DNA of 64,000 nucleotides from Spirochaetia bacterium (GTDB taxonomy: Bacteria > Spirochaetota > Spirochaetia > SZUA-6 > Bin103), in NCBI GenBank assembly GCA_965199955.1, contig CBDATQ010000002.1:1344001-1408000 (forward strand). Direction: 5' to 3'. Below are positions 20,652 through 29,671 of this stretch, piece by piece (position 1 is the first letter of the stretch; every line of letters begins with the position of its first letter). The position numbers were made by a program, and so were the translations under genes. The notes below the pieces were generated by a model, which made no database searches, was not told the origin of the DNA, and saw only the letters and a program-made list of their open reading frames with translations.

Positions 20652-22670
20652 GTGGCGCAGGACGGAGCCGGTAGCCGCGAAATCCGCGCAGCGCTGGCAG
20701 AGAGCCGCCGGCTGTTCGTGGCGTGCGCGCTGTTCAGCGTAGCCGTGAACGTGCTGATGCTCACCGGCCCGCTGTTCATGCTGCAGATATACGACCGGGT
20801 GCTGGGCTCGCGTTCGCAGGAGACGCTCCTCACGCTGGCCATCCTGGTCGCCTTCCTGTTCCTGCTGATGGGCGTGCTCGATCACGCGCGCGGGCGGGTG
20901 CTGGCCCGCGCCGGCTCGCGCCTGCAGGCACGGCTCGATCCCCGCGTGCTGCGCGCGATCCTGGAGCGCTCGGTGGTGCCGGCCGAGCGCGCGCTGCCGG
21001 CCACCGGGCTGCGCGACCTGGAAGCCATCCAGCGGTTCGGGTCCAGCAATGGCGCGTTCACCTTCTTCGACGCGCCGTGGACACCGGTGTTCCTGTTCGT
21101 GCTGTTCACCTTCCACTGGATGATGGGCGTGCTGGCAGTGTTCTCGGGATGCCTGCTGCTGGTGGTCGCGCTCATCAACCAGGCGCGCACGGGAAAGCTG
21201 CAGGGTGAGGCGGTGGAGGCGACGGCCCGGTCCGAGCACTTCATCGAGCAGGTGCGGGCCGGGGGGGAGACCGTGATGGGCCTCGGCATGCTCGACGCCG
21301 TGCTGTCTCGTTCGGCGGCGCTGCGTAACCGGCTGCTGGACCGGACCTTGGCCACCTCGGACCGCAACGGGCTCTACGGGGTGGTCACCAGGACGCTGCG
21401 CCTGTTCCTGCAATCGATGATGCTGGGGCTGGGGGCATGGCTGGCCCTGCGCGGCGAGCTCACGCCGGGGTTCATGATCGCCGGATCGATCCTGTTGGGC
21501 CGGGCGCTCGCTCCGATCGACCAGGCGGTCGGGCACTGGCCGCGGCTGCAGCGGGCGGTGGTCGCCTGGCGGTCGCTCGGCGCCCTGCTGCGGGACACGC
21601 CCCCGGAGCCGGTGCGGACGGCGCTGCCGGAGCCGCGCGCGGTCCTGGAGGCGCAGAACCTCACGGTCGCCCCGCCCGGCGCGCGGTTCGCGGTGGTGCG
21701 CCAGGCGTCGTTGCGCCTGCAGGCCGGTCAGGCCGCCGGCATCGCCGGTCCGTCCGCTTCGGGAAAATCCACGCTGGCGCGAGCCCTTGCGGGAGTGGTC
21801 CGCCCGCTCGGCGGATCGGTCCGCCTTGACGGGGCGGAGCTGGAGCAGTACGGATCCGCGGTCCTGGGCACGTACATCGGTTACCTGCCGCAGGAGGTCA
21901 CGCTGTTCGACGGCACGGTGGCCGAGAACATCGCCCGGATGGCGCCCCAGCCCGATGACGCGGCGGTCGTCGATGCGGCGAAACGCACCGGGGCACACGA
22001 GATGATTCTCAGGCTGCCCGGCGGCTACGACTTCCAGGTGTCGGCGGGAGGAGCGGCGCTCTCGGGCGGCCAGCGCCAGCGCATCGCGCTGGCGCGTGCG
22101 TTCTACGGATCGCCGGTGGTGGTCATCATGGACGAGCCGGACGCCAACCTCGACGCGGAAGGCACCGTCGCTCTCGCCGGCGCGGTGAAGGGGCACAAGG
22201 CACGCGGCGGCGCGGCGGTGATCGTCGCCCGCCGCCACGGCGCGTTCGCGCAGTGCGACCGGGTTTATCTGATGGAGGCCGGCCGGCCGGTGCCCGCCAG
22301 AGCACGGCGGCAGCCGCCGGCCCGTGCGCGGAAGGCTGCCGGACCGGGAGCGCCGGCGCCGGCACGGGCGCCCGCTCCGACGCCGCCGGACCGCGAACGA
22401 GCAGGCCGGAAACCGCCAGACCGGGACAAACCCGAACCGGACAGACCGAACCGGCCGAAGCCGGTCTTGCACAAACCGCCGGAGCCCGAGAAGTCTGAAG
22501 CCGCTGCGCCACAGCCGGAAGCACCGTCCGTGTCGACGGCGACCTCCGCTTCTCCACCGCCGGAGGCTCAGTCGGAGCGTGACCGGCAGATCGCGGGCGC
22601 CATCGAACGCGTGCGCGGCGCCCGCGTCCCCGAGCCCGACGCCACCGACGCGCCGGCAGGGCCGGGCTGA
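20652..22670 (+). CDS. Type I secretion permease/ATPase (PrtD/AprD family) with Pro-rich tail
   Basis: NVLMLTGPLFMLQIYDRVL, FDAPW, GPSASGKST, LSGGQRQRIALARA, MDEP. Confidence 0.93.
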   Translation: MAQDGAGSREIRAALAESRRLFVACALFSVAVNVLMLTGPLFMLQIYDRVLGSRSQETLLTLAILVAFLFLLMGVLDHARGRVLARAGSRLQARLDPRVLRAILERSVVPAERALPATGLRDLEAIQRFGSSNGAFTFFDAPWTPVFLFVLFTFHWMMGVLAVFSGCLLLVVALINQARTGKLQGEAVEATARSEHFIEQVRAGGETVMGLGMLDAVLSRSAALRNRLLDRTLATSDRNGLYGVVTRTLRLFLQSMMLGLGAWLALRGELTPGFMIAGSILLGRALAPIDQAVGHWPRLQRAVVAWRSLGALLRDTPPEPVRTALPEPRAVLEAQNLTVAPPGARFAVVRQASLRLQAGQAAGIAGPSASGKSTLARALAGVVRPLGGSVRLDGAELEQYGSAVLGTYIGYLPQEVTLFDGTVAENIARMAPQPDDAAVVDAAKRTGAHEMILRLPGGYDFQVSAGGAALSGGQRQRIALARAFYGSPVVVIMDEPDANLDAEGTVALAGAVKGHKARGGAAVIVARRHGAFAQCDRVYLMEAGRPVPARARRQPPARARKAAGPGAPAPARAPAPTPPDRERAGRKPPDRDKPEPDRPNRPKPVLHKPPEPEKSEAAAPQPEAPSVSTATSASPPPEAQSERDRQIAGAIERVRGARVPEPDATDAPAGPG

Positions 22671-24022
22671 TGGAGCAGGCATCCGCCCGGTGGTCGTCGG
22701 CGCGCGCTGCGCTGATCCTGGGCTTCGGCGCGCTCATGGTGTTGGTTGGCGGCCTGGTCGGCTGGAGTGTGTTCGCTTCGATCCGGGGCGCCGTGTTCGT
22801 CACCGGCTGGGTGGCGACCGAGGGTCGCAATCAGGTGGTCGAGCACATCGACGGCGGCACGGTCCGGGAGATCAGGGTGCGTGACGGCGACCGCGTCGAA
22901 ACCGGCGAGTTGCTGCTGCGGCTCGATGACGCGCTGCTGCGGTCGGAGGAGGCGATACTGCAGGCGCAACACGCCGAGCTGGTGGCGCGGCGCAACCGCC
23001 TGGAAGCGGAGTTCCGCGATGCAGACCGGGTGGCATGGGACCCGGAGCTGGCCGGTCTGGCGGCGGCCGATTCCCGCTTCCAGGAGATCCTCGCCGGCCA
23101 GGAGCGATTGTTCCGGGCGCGCAACGAGGCGCGCAGCGGTGAGGTGGCGCGGATGCGCGAGCGCATCCGCCAGGCGCGGGAGGAGATCGCCGGCTTCGAG
23201 GCGCAGGCGGCCTCGCTGGTACGCCAGACCGAACTGATCGCCGAAGAGCTCGCGGCCAAGCGGCGGCTGGTCGATCAGGGGGCCATGCAGAGGAGCGTGC
23301 TCCTGGCGCTGGAGCGTACGGTCACGAGCCTGCAAGGGCAGGCGGGGGCCAACGACGCCGCGATCGCTCGCGCCGGCGGCAAGATCGCCGAATACGAAAT
23401 CCTGATTCTGCAGATCGGCGCCAGGCGAATCGAGGAGGCGGAGGAACAGGCGCGTGAGGTGCAGGCGCGGGAGAACGAGGTGTGGGAGGAGCTCGCCTCG
23501 GTGCGGCAGCGCCTGGGCCGCCTGGACGTGCATGCGCCCGTGGCGGGCGAGGTGTTCGGCCTGACCGTGTTCTCCGCCCGCGAGGTGGTGCGCCCGGGCG
23601 AGCCGATCCTGCACATCGTACCTGCCGGCGCGGACCTGGTGGTGAGGGCGCAGCTCGATCCCATCGACGTGGATCAGGTGTATCCGGGCCAGTCGGCCGC
23701 GCTGCGGTTCAGCGCGTTTCCGGCGCGGACGACCTCGGAGTACTCAGGCTCCGTGAAGCGGATTTCTCCGGACGCCGTGCGCGACGCGGACACCGGGCGG
23801 TCGTGGTACCTGCTGGAGGTGGCCATCGGCGGGCCGATCGAGCCCGACGACGCGCCGCTCCCGACCTTCGCAGCTCCGGGCGTGGACCGCTCGTCGGCGG
23901 GTCTGGACCTGACACCGGGCATGCCGGTCGAGGTCCACGTCCAGACCGGGGAGCGTTCGCCGATCAGCTACCTGGCCAAGCCGCTGACCGACTATTTCCT
24001 CCGCTCCCTGCGGGAGGAATGA
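22670..24022 (+). CDS. HlyD-family type I secretion membrane fusion protein (PrtE/AprE)
   Basis: N-term TM, VEHIDGGTV, HAPVAGEV, PGMPVEVHVQTGERSPISYLAKPL. Confidence 0.93.
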   Translation: MEQASARWSSARAALILGFGALMVLVGGLVGWSVFASIRGAVFVTGWVATEGRNQVVEHIDGGTVREIRVRDGDRVETGELLLRLDDALLRSEEAILQAQHAELVARRNRLEAEFRDADRVAWDPELAGLAAADSRFQEILAGQERLFRARNEARSGEVARMRERIRQAREEIAGFEAQAASLVRQTELIAEELAAKRRLVDQGAMQRSVLLALERTVTSLQGQAGANDAAIARAGGKIAEYEILILQIGARRIEEAEEQAREVQARENEVWEELASVRQRLGRLDVHAPVAGEVFGLTVFSAREVVRPGEPILHIVPAGADLVVRAQLDPIDVDQVYPGQSAALRFSAFPARTTSEYSGSVKRISPDAVRDADTGRSWYLLEVAIGGPIEPDDAPLPTFAAPGVDRSSAGLDLTPGMPVEVHVQTGERSPISYLAKPLTDYFLRSLREE

Positions 24023-24053
24023 ACACGGAATCCGTTCCGGGGAGGGTCCGGTC

Positions 24054-24533
24054 GTGAACGGGGAGTCGCTGGAGATATCGCTCGCGAACGAGCTGCGGGA
24101 GATCGCCGGGGTCGCCGCGAAGATCGACGAGTTCTGCGCGGCACACGACCTCGGGCACACCTCCTACGCGGTCAACCTGGCGATCGACGAGATCCTGACC
24201 AACACCATCGAGTACGGGTACGAGGACGACGAGCGGCACCGGATCGAGGTGATCGTGCGGGTCGAGGAAGGTTCGCTGGTGGTCGTGATCGTGGACGACA
24301 GCCTGCCGTTCGACCTGGGAATCGCCCCGGAACGCGACCTCGACGCGTCCCCGGAAGACACGGTGCTCAGCGGCCTCGGACTGTTCCTGGTGCACCAGAT
24401 GATGGACTCCGTCGACTACCGGCGCGAGGACGGGTGCAACGTCGTCACCCTGATCAAGGACGCCGGCGAAGCCGAACCCGCGCCATCCGACGAGGAGTCC
24501 GTCCCGGGCAGCGCCGGGTTGAACGAAGACTGA
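24054..24533 (+). CDS. RsbW-like anti-sigma factor/ATP-binding protein (HATPase_c_2)
   Basis: LAIDEILTNTIEYGY, DDSLPFD, GLGLFLVHQMMDSVDY. Confidence 0.85.
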   Translation: MNGESLEISLANELREIAGVAAKIDEFCAAHDLGHTSYAVNLAIDEILTNTIEYGYEDDERHRIEVIVRVEEGSLVVVIVDDSLPFDLGIAPERDLDASPEDTVLSGLGLFLVHQMMDSVDYRREDGCNVVTLIKDAGEAEPAPSDEESVPGSAGLNED

Positions 24534-24561
24534 CGCCTGCCGGGCGCCGGCTCGACCGGGG

Positions 24562-25075
24562 TCAGCCCGGCGCCGCTTCCTGCAGCTCGGCGAGCAGTCG
24601 GTCGCAGATGATATTCATCGCCTCGATGACCTTGGCCGTGATCTTCGCGCCGTATTCGTCCAGGTCGTCGCAGCGCGGGTCCTCGGCCACGTCGTTGTCG
24701 CACTCCGGACGATGATCGACACGATGGTGCTTCCGGGCTCGGGCGGGATCTGCGACAGGTCGACCAGCTCTGGACGCAGCGTCTTCAGGATCGAGGTCTC
24801 CCACTTGCCGGCGTGCTTGTCGTGGAACGGCCGCAGGCGTGTGGAAATGAACGAAGCCGACCGCGGCTCCCGCCACGGAGGCCACGAGCAGGCCGGCAGG
24901 ATCGAACGGAAGATCGACGTTCGCAAGGCGGGCCGCTCCCCATCACCTCGTCCGCGAACTCCGCCTCGCTCACCGGCCAGTTGCACGGAGTCCCGGCGAC
25001 CAGCTCATTATAGAGTCGGACGACCTCGCTCAGGTCCCGGCCACGAACCGGGCAAGACGAACCTGGCCCGCCATA
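24562..25075 (-). pseudogene. Mosaic remnant: GNAT-like N-terminus joined to creatininase-like C-terminus
   Basis: VVRLYNELVAGTPCNWPVS..AVGFVHF followed by HAGKWETSIL..RPELVDLS and EDPR..EYG in other frames. Confidence 0.5.
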
Positions 25076-25080
25076 CAGCG

Positions 25081-26196
25081 TCAGTCGCCCGGCAGCGAGT
25101 CGGCGAACAGCCGGATCCAATTGCCGTGCATGATCAGGCGGATGTCGCCGTCGGCGTAGCCGCGGTCCGCGAGGCGCTCGCCGATGCGCTGGAAGTCGGC
25201 GGCCGTGTCGATCTCCTTGGGCGCGCCTTGGCTGCCGCCTTGGCCGTCCGTGTCGCCGCCGATCGCCGCGCAGCGGCTGTGGCCGGCGAGCTGGCAGATG
25301 TGGTCGACGTGGTCGACGTAGTCGTCCAGGGTAATCGTGTCCTTGCGGTAGGGCCGCTGCCGGGTGACGCGGGTCCAGTCGACGCCGGGCCGGTACAGCA
25401 TCCAAGTGTCGATGGGTACGCCGATCACGCCGTCGCGCTCGATGACGCGCATCAGCATGGCGTCCGAGAACTGGCGCTCGCCCGGAACCAGGGCGCGGCA
25501 ACCCTGGTGACTGGCCAGCAACGGCCCGCCGTAGCGGTCGGTCGCCTCCATCACCGACCGGTCGGAGGCGTGCGTCACGTCGAGGATGACGCCCAGTTCC
25601 TCCATCAGGTCGAGGAGCTCGGCGGCGCCGTGCCTCAGCCCGCCCTCGGTGCCGGTGCCGGTGCCGTGCGCGTAGGTGCTGATGCCGTAGTGGGTGAGGC
25701 TCAGCACGCGCACCCCCAGGCCGAACCAGTCGCGCAAGTGCCCGGGGTCCAGCACCGCGTCCGCTCCCTCCATGCCCACGATCGCTCCCACCGGCAGGTC
25801 GCCGGGGATGCAGCCGGCCTCGTCGTGTCGCCGCCACTCCTCGACGTGCGCCTGCCAAGCCGCACGGTCGGCGATGATGCGGATCTCTCCCTGGCGGGCC
25901 AGCGCCTCGTAGAAGGCCAGGCAACCGCGCACCGCCGCGTACGCCTGCGCCGCCATGCGGTGGCCGGGCAGCGGCGCCCCCGGACGGTAGATGCGCCCGC
26001 CGATCTTCACCAAGGCCGCGAACACCCGCCCGCGCCGCATCTCCGGCAGTGAGGTGATGAGCTCGCGGGTCTCGGTCACGTCCTCGCCCGCCAGCCCCAC
26101 CGGCTGCGTGGCCCGCACCTCGGCGATCGGCAGGGTGATGTCGACGTTGTAGGTGTAGGCGGATCCCATCGGGTAGTCGCCGTCGAAGATGAGCAT
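25081..26196 (-). CDS. Membrane dipeptidase (peptidase M19) family
   Basis: GMEGAD, SLTHYG, LDVTHASD, ASHQG, RQFSD, IGGDTDG. Confidence 0.85.
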   Translation of the reverse strand: MLIFDGDYPMGSAYTYNVDITLPIAEVRATQPVGLAGEDVTETRELITSLPEMRRGRVFAALVKIGGRIYRPGAPLPGHRMAAQAYAAVRGCLAFYEALARQGEIRIIADRAAWQAHVEEWRRHDEAGCIPGDLPVGAIVGMEGADAVLDPGHLRDWFGLGVRVLSLTHYGISTYAHGTGTGTEGGLRHGAAELLDLMEELGVILDVTHASDRSVMEATDRYGGPLLASHQGCRALVPGERQFSDAMLMRVIERDGVIGVPIDTWMLYRPGVDWTRVTRQRPYRKDTITLDDYVDHVDHICQLAGHSRCAAIGGDTDGQGGSQGAPKEIDTAADFQRIGERLADRGYADGDIRLIMHGNWIRLFADSLPGD

Positions 26197-26271
26197 GGCG
26201 CACACGATAGGGCAGGAGGATAGGGGCGGGAAGCGCCAGCGCCGGGTCCGGGTCGGGTATAGAATGCCTGC

Positions 26272-27935
26272 GTGTCATCTGCGAGTGGAGCGTCCGCTCT
26301 GCCGTCGAGTACGCCAACCCGTGGCGGGAGGTCGATCTGACATTCGTCTTCACCACCCCGGCGGGGCGCGAGCTGCGCGTGCCGGCGTTCTGGGCCGGTG
26401 GCAGGCGGTGGCGCGCGCGCTACTCCTCCGGAGAGACGGGCGAGCACCGGTTCCGCACCGAGTGCTCGGACTCCCGGAACGCCGGCCTGCACGGCCGCAC
26501 CGGCGCGGTGCGAGTGGTCGAGGCCGCTTCGGAGAACCCGCTGTTCCGCCACGGCCCGATCGAGATGGATCCGTCGCGCACGCACCTCCGGCACGCCGAC
26601 GGCACGCCGTTCTTCTGGCTGGCCGACACATGGTGGATGGGCCTCGCCGAGCGGCTGCGCTGGCCGGAGGACGTGCACGGGCTCACCGCCGACCGGTTCG
26701 CCAAAAACTTCACGGTCGTGCAGATCGTCGCCGGCCTGTACCCGGACATGGAGCCGTTCGACGAACGCGGGCGCAACGAGGCCGGCTTCCCCTGGGACGA
26801 GCGCTTCACCCACATCAACCCGGCGTATTTCGATGCCGCCGACCGCCGCATCATGCACCTGGTCGAAGTCGGCATCGTGCCGTGCATCGTCGGCGCTTGG
26901 GGGTTCTTCGTGGATGTCGCCGGCGTGGCGGCGATGCGTGAGCACTGGCGCTACCTGGTCGCCCGCTGGGGCGCCCTGCCGGTGGTGTGGTGCCTGGCGG
27001 GCGAGGCGGGGATGCCGTTCTACACGAGCGAGGAGGGCGCGGCCTATCTGCGGCTGGGGCTGCCGGAGCGCATCCGCTACCGGAATCCCGAGCGCACTCG
27101 GGCGTGGTCGGACATCGCCCGCTCGGTGCGCTCGGTGGACCCGTTCGGCCGGCCGTTCACGGTGCATCCGACCCGCTCCGGGCGCGCCCAGGTCGACGAT
27201 CCGTCGCTGCTGGACTTCGAGATGCTGCAGACCGGACACTTGGGCTTCGCGACGCTCGCGGACACCGTTGACATGATCGAGAGCGCGCGGGCCGTCGAGC
27301 CGCGCCTGCCGCTGCTGGTGGCGGAGGCGAACTACGAGGGCGAGTACGGCTCCAGCCTCGAGGACGTGCAGCGCTACCTGTTCTGGATGTCGATGCTGAG
27401 CGGCGCTATGGGGCACACCTACGGCGCGCACGGCATCTGGCAGGTCAACCGGCCGGACCGGCCGTACGGCCCCTCACCGCACGGGCTGACCTACGGGAGC
27501 CGTACCTGGCAGGAGGCGAGCGAGCTGCCGGGCGCGCGGCAGGTGGGGCTGGCGGCGCGCTTCCTGGCCAGGCTGCCGTGGTGGCGGTTCGAGCCGCATC
27601 CGGAGTGGATGGAGCCGCACCAGGGGCCGGACGACCGCATGGGCGTCTATGCGGCCGGGATCGAGGGGCAGATGGCGGTGCTGTTCGTGCCCATGCACGC
27701 CCTCTGGAAGCTCGCCAACGGTATCGTCACGCTGGGCGCCCTGCACCCGGGCGAAGCGTACGAGGCGATCTACTTCGATCCGATCAGCGGCGCGGAGCGG
27801 CTCGTGCCCGAACGGCTGTTTGCCGGCGCCGACGGCAGGGCGAGGCTGCCCCCGCCTGCCGAGGTGCGCGACTGGGTCCTCCTGGTGCGTCGGGGGGGAC
27901 GCCGAGCCTCGCTGAGCTGCGGTGGGTCCGCGTGA
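26272..27935 (+). CDS. DUF5060/DUF4038 glycoside hydrolase (apiosidase-like); start uncertain, possible lesion at the 5' end
   Basis: YANPWREVDL..VPAFWAGG..WRARY, DGTPFFWLADTWW, WCLAGE, MLQTGH, EANYEG, GHTYGAHGIW; frame open from about 26274. Confidence 0.8.
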
Positions 27936-27939
27936 CGTA

Positions 27940-28839
27940 TTGAACCGGTACGCCGCGTACGGCACCTCGCAGCCGTTGCCGAAGGCTAGGTGCATGGTGC
28001 CGGCCGCCGGCTGAAAACCATGCTCGCCAGCGTCTTGCCGGGCGCTTCGGCATCCGGCTCGGGGTGTTGGCAGATCGGGTGGCGGCTGCGGGGAAACACC
28101 TCCACGGTGCGCAGTCCCTCCGGGTGGGCGAGCAGGAAGGCGTTGGGGACCGCGTGCGGGGTTCTCTCCAGGTAATCGACGGCTTCCGCCAGGCGGCCCA
28201 TGGTCAACAGCTCCCGTATCAGATCAGCACGCAGGTGGGCAGGCCGGCGCCCCACTCGCCGTTGTCGATGTACATCCAGGTGACACACATCCCCGCCGAG
28301 TTCATCCCCATTAGGCGGGGACGCCGGCATGGGTGTAGATCAGGGTCTGCAGTCCGTCGTCGGTGTGGTGGACGACGACGTCGGCCGAGCCAGTCGGCCA
28401 TGAGCTCGTCGTTGTTCTGGCCGCAGATGACGTCTCCGGCGACCGTCGCATCGCCCGCCGCGCCGAGCGCCGTGCAGTGAGCGCAGCGAACCTCACTCGA
28501 AGAGTGGCCGTCCGCCGCCGGCGCCGGAGCGCGCTCGGTCCCCATGTACTTCTCGTAGGCGCAGGCCAGGAGCAGCAGCTTTTCCTCAGGTAGTCCGGCC
28601 CCGGCGGCCATGCCGGCCATCTCTGCCGCGGTTACCGGCGCGTGCTCGCGAATCAGCGGCTCGAAGCGGCGCGCGGCCGGCAGCCAGCCGTGCGGGGTGA
28701 GCCCGTCGCGGTCCCGGTGTTCCCGATCCTGCGCCGCCAGCAGCGCGCGAATGCGCTCGCTGGCGGCAGCGCCGATCGACTCGCCGCGTTCCCTGGCAGT
28801 GCCGGCGGCCGGGACCAGGCGATCGTCGATCACGGGCAA
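27940..28839 (-). pseudogene. Peptidase C45 (Ntn acyltransferase) family, multiple frameshifts
   Basis: GTARERG, EMAGMAAGAG, HCTALG, GQNND, GMNSAG; at least 3 frame changes. Confidence 0.75.
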
Positions 28840-28843
28840 CTCC

Positions 28844-29653
28844 TCACTGACGTGCGCGCTGCACGTCAGGCGGGACCTTGGGCGGCAGGGGCTGAACGAT
28901 CCTGCGTCGCTCGGGGGTCAGCCGGGCGAGCAGCTCGGGCGAGGGTTGGTAGCCGTAGCGGTCACTGCCCCACTTCGGACCATAGCGGATGATGGCGATG
29001 CGACGCTCCCCGGGACGCGTGCGTTCGGCGGAACCGTGCGCCATGCAGTCCACGAAGAAGATGGCGTCGCCTGCGTCGAGCCGGATCTGAACCGCCGCCT
29101 CGACGCGGTCGAGCGAGTGGTCGCTGCCGGTGCCCGCGGGATCGGCGAACGCGGGATGAAGCAGATTGGACTTGTGCGAACCGGGGATCGCCATTGTCGC
29201 GCCATCGCCCTCCCCGATGTCCCTGAGCGCCAACAGGAGGTTGATCTGCCCGCAGCGGAACTCGTTGTTGTGAAAGCGGAACTGCGTGCGGATGCGCCTC
29301 TTGTGCGCGCCGGAGTGCATGCGCGTGGCGCCGCCCCGAGTCCGGATGTCGATGAACGACTCATCGATGTACAGGCCGTCGTCCCCGCCCACGAAGCGCC
29401 GCAGGTGATCGATCCAGGACGGATGGTCGATCAGCCGTTCGAGCGGCTCGCCCATCTCGAAGATATTGTGCAGGTGTCGCAAGCCATCGATGTCGGCGCG
29501 GTGAACCCATCCCCGCCACCCGTCGGGCTCGATGTCGCGATAGGTGTCCACGATCGCGTTGATCTCGGCGAGATGATCGGCATCGACGGCGTGCTCGAGC
29601 ACGATGTAGCCGCGCAGATCGAAGAGATACTCTTCCAATTCGGTCGGTTGCAT
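28844..29653 (-). CDS. PhyH-family Fe(II)/2OG enzyme with H-S-G motif
   Basis: YLFDLRGY, LIDHP, MHSG, DGATMAIPGSHKSN, MAHGS. Confidence 0.88.
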   Translation of the reverse strand: MQPTELEEYLFDLRGYIVLEHAVDADHLAEINAIVDTYRDIEPDGWRGWVHRADIDGLRHLHNIFEMGEPLERLIDHPSWIDHLRRFVGGDDGLYIDESFIDIRTRGGATRMHSGAHKRRIRTQFRFHNNEFRCGQINLLLALRDIGEGDGATMAIPGSHKSNLLHPAFADPAGTGSDHSLDRVEAAVQIRLDAGDAIFFVDCMAHGSAERTRPGERRIAIIRYGPKWGSDRYGYQPSPELLARLTPERRRIVQPLPPKVPPDVQRARQ

Positions 29654-29671
29654 CGTCTCTCTCCGGGAACG

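Noticed and set aside
18525..22682. 1385-aa minus-strand ORF
   Set aside because: Antisense shadow of tolC/prtD in high-GC DNA; only its last ~90 aa belong to the PhyH remnant
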